Shown: one piece after another, positions 1-11,240 of the stretch
How positions within the stretch are numbered: the stretch's first letter is position 1
Layout of the letters: each line of letters begins with the position of its first letter
Source of the DNA: Candidatus Eiseniibacteriota bacterium
GTDB taxonomy: Bacteria; Eisenbacteria; RBG-16-71-46
Direction of reading: 5' to 3'
Assembly (NCBI GenBank): GCA_044222065.1
Contig: JBGAOA010000051.1
Coordinates: 1 to 31,440, forward strand
DNA: 31,440 bases
Notes under the pieces: model-generated
Database searches by the model: none
The model's input: only the letters and a program-made list of their open reading frames with translations
What the model was told of the DNA's origin: nothing
Made by a program: the position numbers and the translations under genes

Positions 1-519
1 GCGCTCGACGAGGTCGAGCGCGGTCTCCGACTTGCCGATCGCGCTGCGGCCGGTGAACAGCAGGCCGCAGCCGTACACGTCCACGAGCGAGCCGTGCACG
101 CTCGTCGTCGGCGCGAACATGTAGTCGAGGTACGACGTGAGCGAATGGATGAACGGCGTCGTGCTCGCCGGAGTGCGCAGCACGGGCACCTGGCACTCGT
201 TCGCGCGCCGGACGAGGTACGGCGGCACTTCGAGTCCCTTGCAGACGACGATGAGCGGCATGTCGAACTGGAACAGCCGGTCGATCGCCTCGCGCACCGC
301 GTCCGGGGACAGCGTCGCGAGATACGTGAGTTCCGTCTGGGCGAGGATCTGGATGCGCTCGGGCAGGAAGTTCTCGACGAATCCCATGAGCGCCATGCCG
401 GGACGGTTCGTGTCGCTCACCGTGATCTCGCGCCGGGACGCGAGCGACTCCGTCAGGACTTCGAGCTGGAGCTCCTCGCGCTGGTCCTCGAAGAGCCGTG
501 CCGCGCTCAGCGTCTTCAC
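1..519 (-). CDS. hprK: HPr(Ser) kinase/phosphorylase, 3' end runs off the window
   Basis: Not in the ORF track; translated by hand from GTG at 519: MKTLSAARLFEDQREEL...NRPGMALMGF...ERIQIL...VHGSLVDVYGCGLLFTGRSAIGKSETALDLVER. This has the HprK signature and Walker A, and sits in the usual position after hpf. Confidence 0.95.
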   Translation of the reverse strand, partial: MKTLSAARLFEDQREELQLEVLTESLASRREITVSDTNRPGMALMGFVENFLPERIQILAQTELTYLATLSPDAVREAIDRLFQFDMPLIVVCKGLEVPPYLVRRANECQVPVLRTPASTTPFIHSLTSYLDYMFAPTTSVHGSLVDVYGCGLLFTGRSAIGKSETALDLVER

Positions 520-525
520 GCCGCG

Positions 526-885
526 CTAGTCCTCATCGTCGAACTCGCTGCCGTCGCCGGTCGCGGCGGCGGGCTCGGGAGCGCCGCCCGGGCGCTGGCG
601 TCGCTCGATGCGCTTCTCCTTCACGCGCCGCACCTGGTGCTCGAGCGAATCGAGCGCGCCGAGCAGCGCCTCGCGCAGGTCCTGGGCGTGCTCGCGGCTG
701 ACGAGCTCGTGCTGGTTGAGCCGGAGCGTGATCTCCGCGACGTGGCGGGACTTCTCGCCCGTGACGATCACCCGGGCCTCGTGGATGTCGCTCGCGAACT
801 TCTCGAGCCGTTCGAGGCGCTGCTGGGCGAGCTGCCGGAGACCGGAATCGATTTCGCAGTGACGGGCCGTCGTGCTGATTTGCAT
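526..885 (-). CDS. hpf: Ribosome hibernation promoting factor / RaiA (short form with acidic tail)
   Basis: MQISTTARHCEI...LEKF...AEITL...DSLEHQVRRVKEK is an HPF-like sequence directly downstream of rpoN; GAGG SD upstream. Confidence 0.92.
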   Translation of the reverse strand: MQISTTARHCEIDSGLRQLAQQRLERLEKFASDIHEARVIVTGEKSRHVAEITLRLNQHELVSREHAQDLREALLGALDSLEHQVRRVKEKRIERRQRPGGAPEPAAATGDGSEFDDED

Positions 886-953
886 GCCTCACCTCACCCG
901 CCGCGACGCGGCGGAGTCGGTTCCGGGCGCGAGCCCGGAACGGGTCGTGAAGC

Positions 954-2393
954 CTAGGCCACCCGGCGCCGGAAGCGCGCCGGGAGGATGCTGAGCTGCT
1001 CGCGATACTTCGCCACCGTGCGTCTCGCGATCTTGAGCCCCCGGGAGTGCAGCTCCTTGGCGATCGCGTCGTCCGAAAGGGGCTCCAGTTTGTTCTCCTC
1101 GTCGATCAGGGTCTTGATGATGTCCTTCGCCGTGCGGGCCGAGACGTCCTCGCCATCGGCCGTCTCGAGTCCGCTCGAGAAGAAGAACTTGAGCTCGAAC
1201 ACACCGCGCGGCGTCTGAACGTACTTGCCGCTGCACACGCGGCTCACCGTGGACTCGTGCATCTCGATCTGGCGAGCGACCTGCTGCAGCGTCAGCGGCC
1301 GCAGGAACGCGATGCCCTTGTCGAAGAACTCGCGCTGCTCGCGAATGATGCAGTTCATCACCTTGATCATCGTGCGGCGCCGCTGCTCGATCGTCTGGAT
1401 GAGCCACTTCGCCGAGTTGAGCTTGCTCTGGATGTACTCGCGCGTCTTCGTCTCGCCCTCGGTGCGCTCCGACTTCTGCTTGCCGTCGCGCAGCACGCTC
1501 TCGTAGGCGGAGGAGATCCGCAGCCGCGGCAGGTGCCGGTCGTTCAGCATGACGACGTATTCCTCGTCCACGCGTTCGACGAGCAGGTCGGGCGTGACGT
1601 ACTTCGGGTCCTCGTCCGAGACCTGCAGGCCCGGCTTCGGATTCAGCGTGGCGATCTCGTCGGCCGCGACTTGGACCTGCTCGACGGGCACCTTGAGCTG
1701 CCGCGCGATCTCGGGAAAGCGGCGGTTCACGAGATGGTCGAAGTGGTCGTGGATCACCTTCCAGGCGAGCGTGTCGCGGCCGCCCTTCGCGTCGAGCTGG
1801 ATGAGAAGGCACTCCCGCAGGTCGCGAGCGCCGACGCCGGCGGGCTCGAGCGCCTGCAACACGCCGAGCACTTTCTCGACCTCCTCGACCGGCTCGCCGA
1901 TGGCCTGGGCGATGTCCTCGATCGCCGTCATCAGGTAGCCGCGGTCGTCGAGCGAACCCACGAGGAACTCGGCGACGATCATCTGGCGCTCGGCGAGATT
2001 CAGGAAGTGGAACTGCTCGAGCAGGCTCTCGGCCAGCGTCGTGCGCGTGATCTGCACCTTCTCGAGGAACTCCTGAGCCTGTTCGCCCTGCGGCACGTAG
2101 GCGCGGTCGAACGAGCCGTCCTGGAGGTATTCGGCCCAGTCGATCGGATCTTCCTCGGCGGGATCCTCGGCCTCCTGGTTCGCGGCCTCCTCGGGCGAAT
2201 CCTCCTTCGCGAGGTCCTCGTTCTCGACGAGTTCGTCCACTTCCTCGAGGAGCGGATTCTGGAGGATCTCCTGCTTCAGGATCTGCTGCAGCTCGAGCGT
2301 CGGCACCTGCAGCAGCTTCAACGCCTGCTGCAATCGCGGCGTCATGATGAGCCGCTGGCCGAGCTGCAGGTTGAGCGAGTGTCGGAGTTCCAT
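954..2393 (-). CDS. rpoN: RNA polymerase sigma-54 factor
   Basis: Region I QRLIMTPRLQQALKLLQ, HTH HESTVSR and RpoN box ARRTVAKYR. Confidence 0.98.
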   Translation of the reverse strand: MELRHSLNLQLGQRLIMTPRLQQALKLLQVPTLELQQILKQEILQNPLLEEVDELVENEDLAKEDSPEEAANQEAEDPAEEDPIDWAEYLQDGSFDRAYVPQGEQAQEFLEKVQITRTTLAESLLEQFHFLNLAERQMIVAEFLVGSLDDRGYLMTAIEDIAQAIGEPVEEVEKVLGVLQALEPAGVGARDLRECLLIQLDAKGGRDTLAWKVIHDHFDHLVNRRFPEIARQLKVPVEQVQVAADEIATLNPKPGLQVSDEDPKYVTPDLLVERVDEEYVVMLNDRHLPRLRISSAYESVLRDGKQKSERTEGETKTREYIQSKLNSAKWLIQTIEQRRRTMIKVMNCIIREQREFFDKGIAFLRPLTLQQVARQIEMHESTVSRVCSGKYVQTPRGVFELKFFFSSGLETADGEDVSARTAKDIIKTLIDEENKLEPLSDDAIAKELHSRGLKIARRTVAKYREQLSILPARFRRRVA

Positions 2394-2407
2394 GGTGTCG
2401 GTTCCCG

Positions 2408-3181
2408 TCAGAGACTGAAGCGTTCGCCGAGGTAGATCTTCCGCGCCTCGGGGTCGTTCGCCAGCTCTTCGGCGGTGCCCTGAAGCAGGATGCGACCCTC
2501 GTACATGATGTACGCGCGATCCGTGATGCGCAATGTCTCTCGCACGTTGTGGTCGGTGATGAGCACGCCGAGTCCGCGGTCGCGAAGACGCGCGACGATG
2601 TCCTGGATCTCGGCGACGGCAATGGGATCGATGCCGACGAACGGTTCGTCGAGCAGCATGAACGATGGTTCGCGCGCGAGCGCGCGCGTGATCTCGACGC
2701 GGCGGCGCTCGCCTCCCGACAGCTTGCTCGCCTGCCGGTCGGCGAGGTGCGTCAGGTTGAGGTCGTCGAGCAGCTGCCCGAGCCGGCGCTCCCGCTCGTC
2801 GCGAGCCAGCGGCATCGTCTCGAGGACGGCGAGCACGTTCTCGCGCACCGTGAGGCGTCGGAAGATGCTCGGCTCCTGTGCGAGGTATCCGAGCCCGCGG
2901 CGGGCGCGCCGGTACATGGGCTCGCGCGTGATGTCGTCGCCGTCGAGCCGCACGCGGCCCTCGTTCGGCTGCAGCAGGCCGACGATCATGTAGAAGGTCG
3001 TCGTCTTGCCGGCGCCGTTCGGACCGAGCAGCCCGACGACCTCGCCGCGCCGCACCCGTACCGAGACCTCGTTCACGACCCGCCAGCGCGAGTAATAGCG
3101 GACGAGCCCCTCGGCCTCGATGCCGCCGCGCGCGAGATCGGGCTGCGCCGCGCCGGACACCGCCGGGAGTTCGCTCGTCAT
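2408..3181 (-). CDS. lptB: LPS export ABC transporter ATP-binding protein
   Basis: GPNGAGKTT, YLAQEPSIFR, LSGGERRR, LLDEPF, ITDHNVRETL, YLGERF; start MTSELP overlaps the lptC stop (ATGA). Confidence 0.97.
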   Translation of the reverse strand: MTSELPAVSGAAQPDLARGGIEAEGLVRYYSRWRVVNEVSVRVRRGEVVGLLGPNGAGKTTTFYMIVGLLQPNEGRVRLDGDDITREPMYRRARRGLGYLAQEPSIFRRLTVRENVLAVLETMPLARDERERRLGQLLDDLNLTHLADRQASKLSGGERRRVEITRALAREPSFMLLDEPFVGIDPIAVAEIQDIVARLRDRGLGVLITDHNVRETLRITDRAYIMYEGRILLQGTAEELANDPEARKIYLGERFSL

Positions 3182-3801
3182 CGGCCGCCGCTCCGCGGCG
3201 TCAGCGTGCCGCCCGAGCGCGTCTGGACGACGGCGCTCACGCGCTTCTTGAACTCGAAGTGCGCGAGATCGGGTTCGCTCTCGAAGCCGATGCCGCTCAG
3301 CACGTCGCCGGTTCTCTCCACGCGGACGAGCTTGTCCGACACGATCTTCTGGCTCCGGTTGTCGAAGCGCATTTCGTCGGTGGACATCCGCGTGCCCTCG
3401 TTGGTCTGGAGCACGACGTTCCCGCGTGCGGTCATGTCGTGCGACATCTGGTTGATCTCGCCCTCGCGCGCGGTCAGTTCGGAGGACCGCGCGCCCCGCT
3501 CGTCGAAGAAGTCCACTCGCACCGAGCGAACGACGATCAGGTTCCGGGCCTCGTACATCTGCGCCACGCGCGCGTACAGCTTCCACTCGAGCCGGCCGCC
3601 GTCGGTCTCGGTGAGGACGAAGTCCGAGACCTCTTGATCGGGAAGCTCTCCCGGCGGCACCGAAGGCCCGACCGAGCGCTGCTGGCCGCAGCCCGCGAGG
3701 GCGGCGGAGAGCGCGATCGCGAGGATCGCGCCCGCGAGGGCAGGCGTCCGCGGACGAGTCCGCGGGAGATTCGGAGACTCCGGCACGCGTCGATTCATCA
3801 C
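3178..3801 (-). CDS. lptC: LPS export periplasmic protein LptC (lipoprotein-type signal)
   Basis: Beta-jellyroll-like pattern (WKLYA...VDFFD...LTAREG...GNVV...SDKLV...GIGFESEPDL), LAGC lipobox, and position next to lptB. Confidence 0.85.
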   Translation of the reverse strand: MMNRRVPESPNLPRTRPRTPALAGAILAIALSAALAGCGQQRSVGPSVPPGELPDQEVSDFVLTETDGGRLEWKLYARVAQMYEARNLIVVRSVRVDFFDERGARSSELTAREGEINQMSHDMTARGNVVLQTNEGTRMSTDEMRFDNRSQKIVSDKLVRVERTGDVLSGIGFESEPDLAHFEFKKRVSAVVQTRSGGTLTPRSGGR

Positions 3802-3809
3802 GTGAGCGG

Positions 3810-3838
3810 ACGCTAACAGACGACTAAGGGGCCATCAA
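3810..3838 (-). promoter_or_regulatory. Putative sigma-70 promoter for lptC-lptB-rpoN-hpf-hprK
   Basis: TTGATG (3838-3833), 17-bp spacer, TAGCGT (3815-3810), 8 nt upstream of the GTG start. Confidence 0.5.
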
Positions 3839-3854
3839 GCACGGCCTGTGCCAG
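3838..3854 (-). promoter_or_regulatory. Putative sigma-54 (-24/-12) binding site
   Basis: CTGGCACAGGCCGTGCT: TGGCAC plus exact GG-N10-GC spacing, in an intergenic region. Confidence 0.6.
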
Positions 3855-3981
3855 AGAGCCTCCGAGCGCCACCCGCGCGGAGTATCGGCATGCGGCCCGC
3901 GGCACTTCAGCACTCGAAGCGCTCGCGCGCGTCGTCGCGTCGCCGCATGGACGCTCGCGACCGGCGTCCGTCACCTCTCCT

Positions 3982-4533
3982 TTAGAGACCCGGAAGCCGG
4001 GTTTGCGCCGCCGGGTACTCGCAGAACTCCCCCGACCAGCGCGCGCCGGGAGTCGGAACGTGCGCCTCGCGCGTGCGCGGATCGAGCACGTGCTCGACGC
4101 GCGCGCCGCGCCCGACGAGATGATCCGCGAGCAGCCAGCGGTGGCAATCCCGCGGCCGCGCCTCCGCGCACAGCAGCGCCACGCGCCGTGCGCGCGCCGC
4201 ATCGAGCACGCGCGCGACCGCCGCGCGGAAGGCGGCGGTCCGGGTGTGATCGGCGTAAGCGCGCAGCGCGGGATCCTCGATCGCGGCGTTGTCCGAAGCC
4301 GGCGACGGGTCGCGATGGCCGCCGAGATCGCCTTCGTGCGTGTACGCGACTCCCGCCGCGAGGAGCGCGGGCTCGAGCGCGGCGCGCGCGAACTGCGGAT
4401 TGAACCGCGAGCCCGGGTACGCGCGCACGTCCACCACGTGCCCGACGCCGTGCGCGGCGAGCAGCGCGAGGAACGCCTCGGTCGTGAGCGTCGAGTGACC
4501 GACGGTCAGGATCGCGAGCGCAGAATCGTCCAC
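3982..4533 (-). CDS. DUF488 domain protein
   Basis: ILTVGHS, VVDVRAYPGSRFNPQF, LGGHR, ALLCAE...CHR..LAD motifs; start uncertain (GTG 4533 or 4545). Confidence 0.88.
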   Translation of the reverse strand: MDDSALAILTVGHSTLTTEAFLALLAAHGVGHVVDVRAYPGSRFNPQFARAALEPALLAAGVAYTHEGDLGGHRDPSPASDNAAIEDPALRAYADHTRTAAFRAAVARVLDAARARRVALLCAEARPRDCHRWLLADHLVGRGARVEHVLDPRTREAHVPTPGARWSGEFCEYPAAQTRLPGL

Positions 4534-4562
4534 GGCCGCCGGCACCCGATTCGCGCCGGCGC

Positions 4563-5543
4563 TCAGCCCGCGCGCAGGCAGTCGTGCAGGTGAAGGACGC
4601 CGATCGGACGGCGGTCGTCGTCCACGACGACGAGCGCCGTGATCGGACCCTGCGGCCGATCTTCCATGCGGCGCACCGCGGCGGCGACGAGCGCCGCGGA
4701 CTCGATCGTGCTCGGCGCGGCGTTCATGATGTCGCTCGCCGCGAGCGACCACGGATCGTCGTGCTGGACGAGGATGCGCTTGAAGTCGCCGTCGCTGACG
4801 ACCCCCGCGAGCCGTCCCGCGCCGTCGAGCACGCACGTGATGCCGAGCCGCTTGTGCATGATCTCGAGCATCACGTCGCGCAGCGACGCTCCTTCGCCGA
4901 CGCGCGGCAGTTCGTCGCCACCGTGCATCAACTCCTCGACACGCCGCGAGGCGGACCGTCCGATGACGCCGCCCGGATGCAGGAAGCGGAAGTCCTCGGC
5001 CTGGAAGCCGCGGCGCTCGAGCAGCGCAACCGCGAGGCAGTCGCCCATGACCTGAGCGAGCGTGACGCTCGTCGTCGGCGTCAGCTCCATCGGGCACGCC
5101 TCGCGCACGGGTCCCGTCACGAGCGTCACCATCGAGCGCTCGCCGAGCGCCGAACGCGGCGAGGCGACGATGGACACGAGCGGAATCGCGTGGCGCTCGA
5201 GATACGGCAGCAGCGCGAGCAATTCCTCGGTGACGCCGCTCTTCGAGATGAACAGCGCGACGTCGCCGGGCGAGAACAACCCGGCGTCGCCGTGCAGCGC
5301 GTCCGCGGGGTGAAGGAACACGGCGGGCGAGCCGGTGCTCGTGAGGGTGGCCGCGAGCTTGTGCGCGAGCAGCCCGCTCTTCCCCACGCCCGAGACGATG
5401 ACCTTGCCGCGGCAGGCGGCGAGCACTTCGATCGCGGCGAGGAACTCGTCGCCGAGCTTGCCTTCGAGCGCGGCGACGGCCGCCGCCTCCTGGCGCACGA
5501 CGTCGCGCGCGAGCGCGAGCAGCGCCGCGGGTTCGCGGGTCAT
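4563..5543 (-). CDS. kdsD: Arabinose-5-phosphate isomerase (KpsF/GutQ; SIS + CBS pair)
   Basis: GVGKSG, STGSPAVFLHPADALHGD, PTTS, HPGG, C-terminal CBS domain ending GVLHLHDCL. Confidence 0.95.
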   Translation of the reverse strand: MTREPAALLALARDVVRQEAAAVAALEGKLGDEFLAAIEVLAACRGKVIVSGVGKSGLLAHKLAATLTSTGSPAVFLHPADALHGDAGLFSPGDVALFISKSGVTEELLALLPYLERHAIPLVSIVASPRSALGERSMVTLVTGPVREACPMELTPTTSVTLAQVMGDCLAVALLERRGFQAEDFRFLHPGGVIGRSASRRVEELMHGGDELPRVGEGASLRDVMLEIMHKRLGITCVLDGAGRLAGVVSDGDFKRILVQHDDPWSLAASDIMNAAPSTIESAALVAAAVRRMEDRPQGPITALVVVDDDRRPIGVLHLHDCLRAG

Positions 5544-6125
5544 CCGAGCGCCTCGTACTGGCGCAGCACGTCGTCCCACGTGCCGTTGTGCCGCAGGATC
5601 AGCTCGACCGCCTCGCGCACGGCGCCGAAGCCGCCCGCGCGGCGCGTCACGGTGCGGCCGAAGCGCAGGATCTCGGGGCTCGAGTTCGCGACCACGATCG
5701 GCCAGCCGACGCGCCGGAGCATCGGCACGTCCGGCAGGTCGTCGCCGACCATCGCGCACTCGTTCCACGCGACGCCTTCGCGCGCGAGCACGCGTTCGGC
5801 GACGGACACCTTGTCCTTCGCGCCGAGGTAGGCTTCGAGCTTCAGGTCCTTCATGCGCTGCTCGACCGCGGCCGACGCGCGTCCGCTGATGACGACCGGC
5901 AGCACGCCGCGTGCGCGCGCCCATTCGAGCGCGATGCCGTCGCGCACCCAGAAGTTGCGCTGGTCGCCATCGCGATCGAACGCGATCACGCCGTCCGTGA
6001 GCGTCCCGTCGGCATCGAGGAACAGGATCTTCACCGGGCCGGCGATCGGCGATCGCGAGCGGCGCGCGCGTGCGGCCTTCGCCGCCGGACGCGCCGCCGC
6101 GCGCGACGCGCGCTTCGGCGCAGGC

Positions 6126-6133
<8 letters not shown>
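5540..6133 (-). CDS. kdsC: Kdo 8-phosphate phosphatase (HAD)
   Basis: DADGTLTDG, RDG, ISGR, GDDLPD, GGFGAVRE; likely GTG start at 6133 overlapping the kdsA end. Confidence 0.92.
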
Positions 6134-8659
<2,526 letters not shown>

Positions 8660-8867
8660 TCAGTCCCTCTCGGGGACGCCCTCGGGCCCTGCGCCTCGTG
8701 CGCGGCCCTCCCGTGGCGACGACGCGCGCTCCGCCGCGGCGTTCCTTCGGGCGGCGAAGCGCCCGAAACGCGACACGCCGCCCCGGGCGAATTCGGCACC
8801 CGAAACGGCGTCGACGGATTCCCCGCGCGTCCTCGGCACGGGCCCGCAAGGTACACGGCTTCACACG

Positions 8868-8917
8868 TGAAGTCGAGGTGCCGCCGGCCGCTCCCGCGAC
8901 CTCGCACCTCGACTTCA
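8868..8917. repeat. Perfect 14-bp inverted repeat with 22-nt spacer
   Basis: TGAAGTCGAGGTGC (8868-8881) and GCACCTCGACTTCA (8904-8917) between divergent genes. Confidence 0.85.
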
Positions 8918-8974
8918 GCCGCGGGCGAGTTTCGCCGACAACTCGGGCGGAACGCGTCACCGGAGAACCGTCGA

Positions 8975-10039
8975 ATGCGCACCTACCTGATCGTCGCCGT
9001 CGCGCTGGTGATGGCACTGACCGCCGCGAGCCTCTACTTCCGGCCCCGCCCCGTGAAACTGCGTTCGCAGCCCGCGGCCTTCTTCCCGGTGAACGAGACC
9101 GATCAGCGCGGGGCGATCGGCCGCCACGTCCGTCGGCTGCTCGAGGACGGCCGCTTCGACGCGGTCGAAGCGCTCGCGGACTCGTTCGCGGAGAATCGGA
9201 GTCGGATGGCGAGCGGACGGCTGAAGCTCTACGCGCTCTACGATTTCGGCTTCGAGGGGGCCGATCGTCCGGCCTCCGCCGAGGACTGGGTTTCGCTGCT
9301 CGGGTGGCTTCGGGAGTGGAACGAGGCGCGGCCCGAGTCCTTCGTCGCGCCGCTCGCGGTCGCGTACGCGCTCGAGGGCCGAGCGTGGGAGGCGCGCGGA
9401 TCGGCCGCCGCGCTCCTCGTGCCGCCCCGGGACTTCGAGCGCTTCGACGCCGATCTCGCGGAGGCGCGCGACTGGCTGCAACGCTGTCCGCCGGAGTCGA
9501 GACGTCGCCCCGAATGGCGCCGGTCCGCGTTGCGCGTGCTCCATGCCACGGGACCCGAGGCCGACTCTGTGTTCCGCGAACTTCTGGCCGTGTGCCTGAG
9601 GGACGATCCAGACGAGTACACGTACTACCTCATTGGTTCGATGCACCTCCTGCCGCGCTGGTACGGCGCCCCGGGGGATGTGGAGCGGTTCGTGGACTCG
9701 ACGACCGCCGCGCTCCCCGATTCGATCGCGGACGAGTACTACGCCCGCGTCGTGAGCTACCTCGCGCCTCTCCACGGAAACGTCTTCGACGACCTGCCGG
9801 GCCTCTCGTGGCCGCGCACCGTTCGGGGGCTCCGGCAATGGAAGCGCAACTGGCCCCGGTCGTCCGAACCGTTGAGCCGGCTCGCGAGCCTCGCGCGCGA
9901 GCGCGACGACGTCGACGAGACGAGACAGGCGTTCGTGGCACTCGGCGACACGCTCGACTTCAGCGTGTGGGAGTCCGGCGCCGAGTACTGGCTCGCGCGC
10001 CAGTGGGCGGAGGAAGCGGTGAAGGTGGCGAAGCGGTAG
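8975..10039 (+). CDS. Membrane-anchored helical protein, DUF4034-like
   Basis: N-terminal hydrophobic segment; W...RPES, AWEARG and LLPRWYG motifs resemble DUF4034/TPR-like proteins; real start ATG 8975 inside a long shadow ORF. Confidence 0.7.
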   Translation: MRTYLIVAVALVMALTAASLYFRPRPVKLRSQPAAFFPVNETDQRGAIGRHVRRLLEDGRFDAVEALADSFAENRSRMASGRLKLYALYDFGFEGADRPASAEDWVSLLGWLREWNEARPESFVAPLAVAYALEGRAWEARGSAAALLVPPRDFERFDADLAEARDWLQRCPPESRRRPEWRRSALRVLHATGPEADSVFRELLAVCLRDDPDEYTYYLIGSMHLLPRWYGAPGDVERFVDSTTAALPDSIADEYYARVVSYLAPLHGNVFDDLPGLSWPRTVRGLRQWKRNWPRSSEPLSRLASLARERDDVDETRQAFVALGDTLDFSVWESGAEYWLARQWAEEAVKVAKR

Positions 10040-10043
10040 CGCG

Positions 10044-10769
10044 CTACGCGCGCGGCCCGCGCGCTTCCAGCGCCGCCATCTGCTCCGGCGTGTCCACGCC
10101 CGCGAACGGGCGCTCGCCGAGCACGACCTTGATGCGCACGCCGCGCTCGACGGCGCGCAGCTGCTCGAGCCGCTCGGCGCGCTCGAGATCGCCCGGCGGC
10201 CAGCCCGCGAATTCGAGCAGCAGCTCGCGGCGAAACGCGTACACGCCGGCGTGGCGGAGCGCGGGGCCACCCTTCGACGCCGCGGCGAGGTCGGCGCGGC
10301 TGAAGTAGAGCGCGAAGCCGTCGCGGTCCACGACGACCTTCACGACCTCGTCGCGCGCGAGCAGCACGAGGTCGGGCTCGCGGTGGGCGATCGTGCCCAT
10401 GCCGATCGATTCGTCCCCGCGCATCGTCTCGACGAGCCGCGAGACCGCGTCGGTCTCGAGCTCGGGCTCGTCGCCCTGCAGGTTGAACACGATCGCGGCC
10501 GCGGGCCTCCGGCGCGCGACCTCGGCGACGCGGTCCGTGCCGCTCGCGCACTCGGGAGAGGTCATCTCGACCGCGGCGCCGAATGCGCGCGCCGCGCTCG
10601 CGATGCGGTCGTCGTCGGTCGCGATCACGAGTTCGTCGAGGCCGCGCACGGCGCGCGCCCGCTCCCACACGTGGCGCAGCATGGGCTTGCCCCACAGCAC
10701 GGCGAGCGGCTTGCCGGGGAAGCGCGTCGCGCCGAAGCGCGCGGGGATGACGGCGAGGACGTGCGTCAT
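10044..10769 (-). CDS. kdsB: CMP-Kdo synthetase
   Basis: IPARFGATRFPGKPL, ATDD, SGTDR, NLQGDEP, YFSR, LEQLR, GVDTPE. Confidence 0.97.
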   Translation of the reverse strand: MTHVLAVIPARFGATRFPGKPLAVLWGKPMLRHVWERARAVRGLDELVIATDDDRIASAARAFGAAVEMTSPECASGTDRVAEVARRRPAAAIVFNLQGDEPELETDAVSRLVETMRGDESIGMGTIAHREPDLVLLARDEVVKVVVDRDGFALYFSRADLAAASKGGPALRHAGVYAFRRELLLEFAGWPPGDLERAERLEQLRAVERGVRIKVVLGERPFAGVDTPEQMAALEARGPRA

Positions 10770-10805
10770 GCGCGGCAACCTAGCACAGCGGCGCGCGCCG
10801 GCCGC

Positions 10806-11210
10806 TCACGCCGGCGTCTCGAACGCGTACTCGAACTCGTACGAGTGGTTCCGCCCCTCGATGAGGATCCGCATCGAGCCCGTGAGGCCCGCGAGTTCGT
10901 CCGTGCCCGATTCCGGCACGACGCGCAGGTCGAGCGTCGGCGCGCCGCGCGTCATGAGCCCGGTGTGATGGAGCGCGAACGTGCCGCGCTTCCCGCCGAG
11001 CGTGCCGGTCACGCGCTCGATCGCAACGTAGACGCCCGAACCCGTCGGCCCCGGCGGGATCGCGAGCATCTCCCCCACGCTCGTTGCGGCGAGGTCGCCC
11101 GCGAACGTCTTCGCGATCGAGAGCCGCGCGAACGCGGCGGACTGCGCGGCGTCGTGGACGGACTGCGGCGTGAGCTTCACTTCGAACGTGCCGGCGGCGG
11201 CGTGCGTCAT
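10806..11210 (-). CDS. DUF3224 domain protein
   Basis: GTFEVKL, KTFAGDL, YVAIERVTGTLGGKRGTFALHH, VVPESGTDELAGLTG. Confidence 0.88.
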   Translation of the reverse strand: MTHAAAGTFEVKLTPQSVHDAAQSAAFARLSIAKTFAGDLAATSVGEMLAIPPGPTGSGVYVAIERVTGTLGGKRGTFALHHTGLMTRGAPTLDLRVVPESGTDELAGLTGSMRILIEGRNHSYEFEYAFETPA

Positions 11211-11240
11211 GGAATCCTCGTGGCGACCCGGCGCACGGCT

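Noticed and set aside
25..60. HprK Walker A variant GRSAIGKS
   Set aside because: The GxxxxGKS core is intact; a single G-to-A change is not evidence of altered function.
8840..8850. GGGC near the putative pyrG TSS suggesting Bacillus-style reiterative-transcription attenuation
   Set aside because: GGGC is too close to the -10 box to be +1, and no U-tailed attenuator is evident in the leader.
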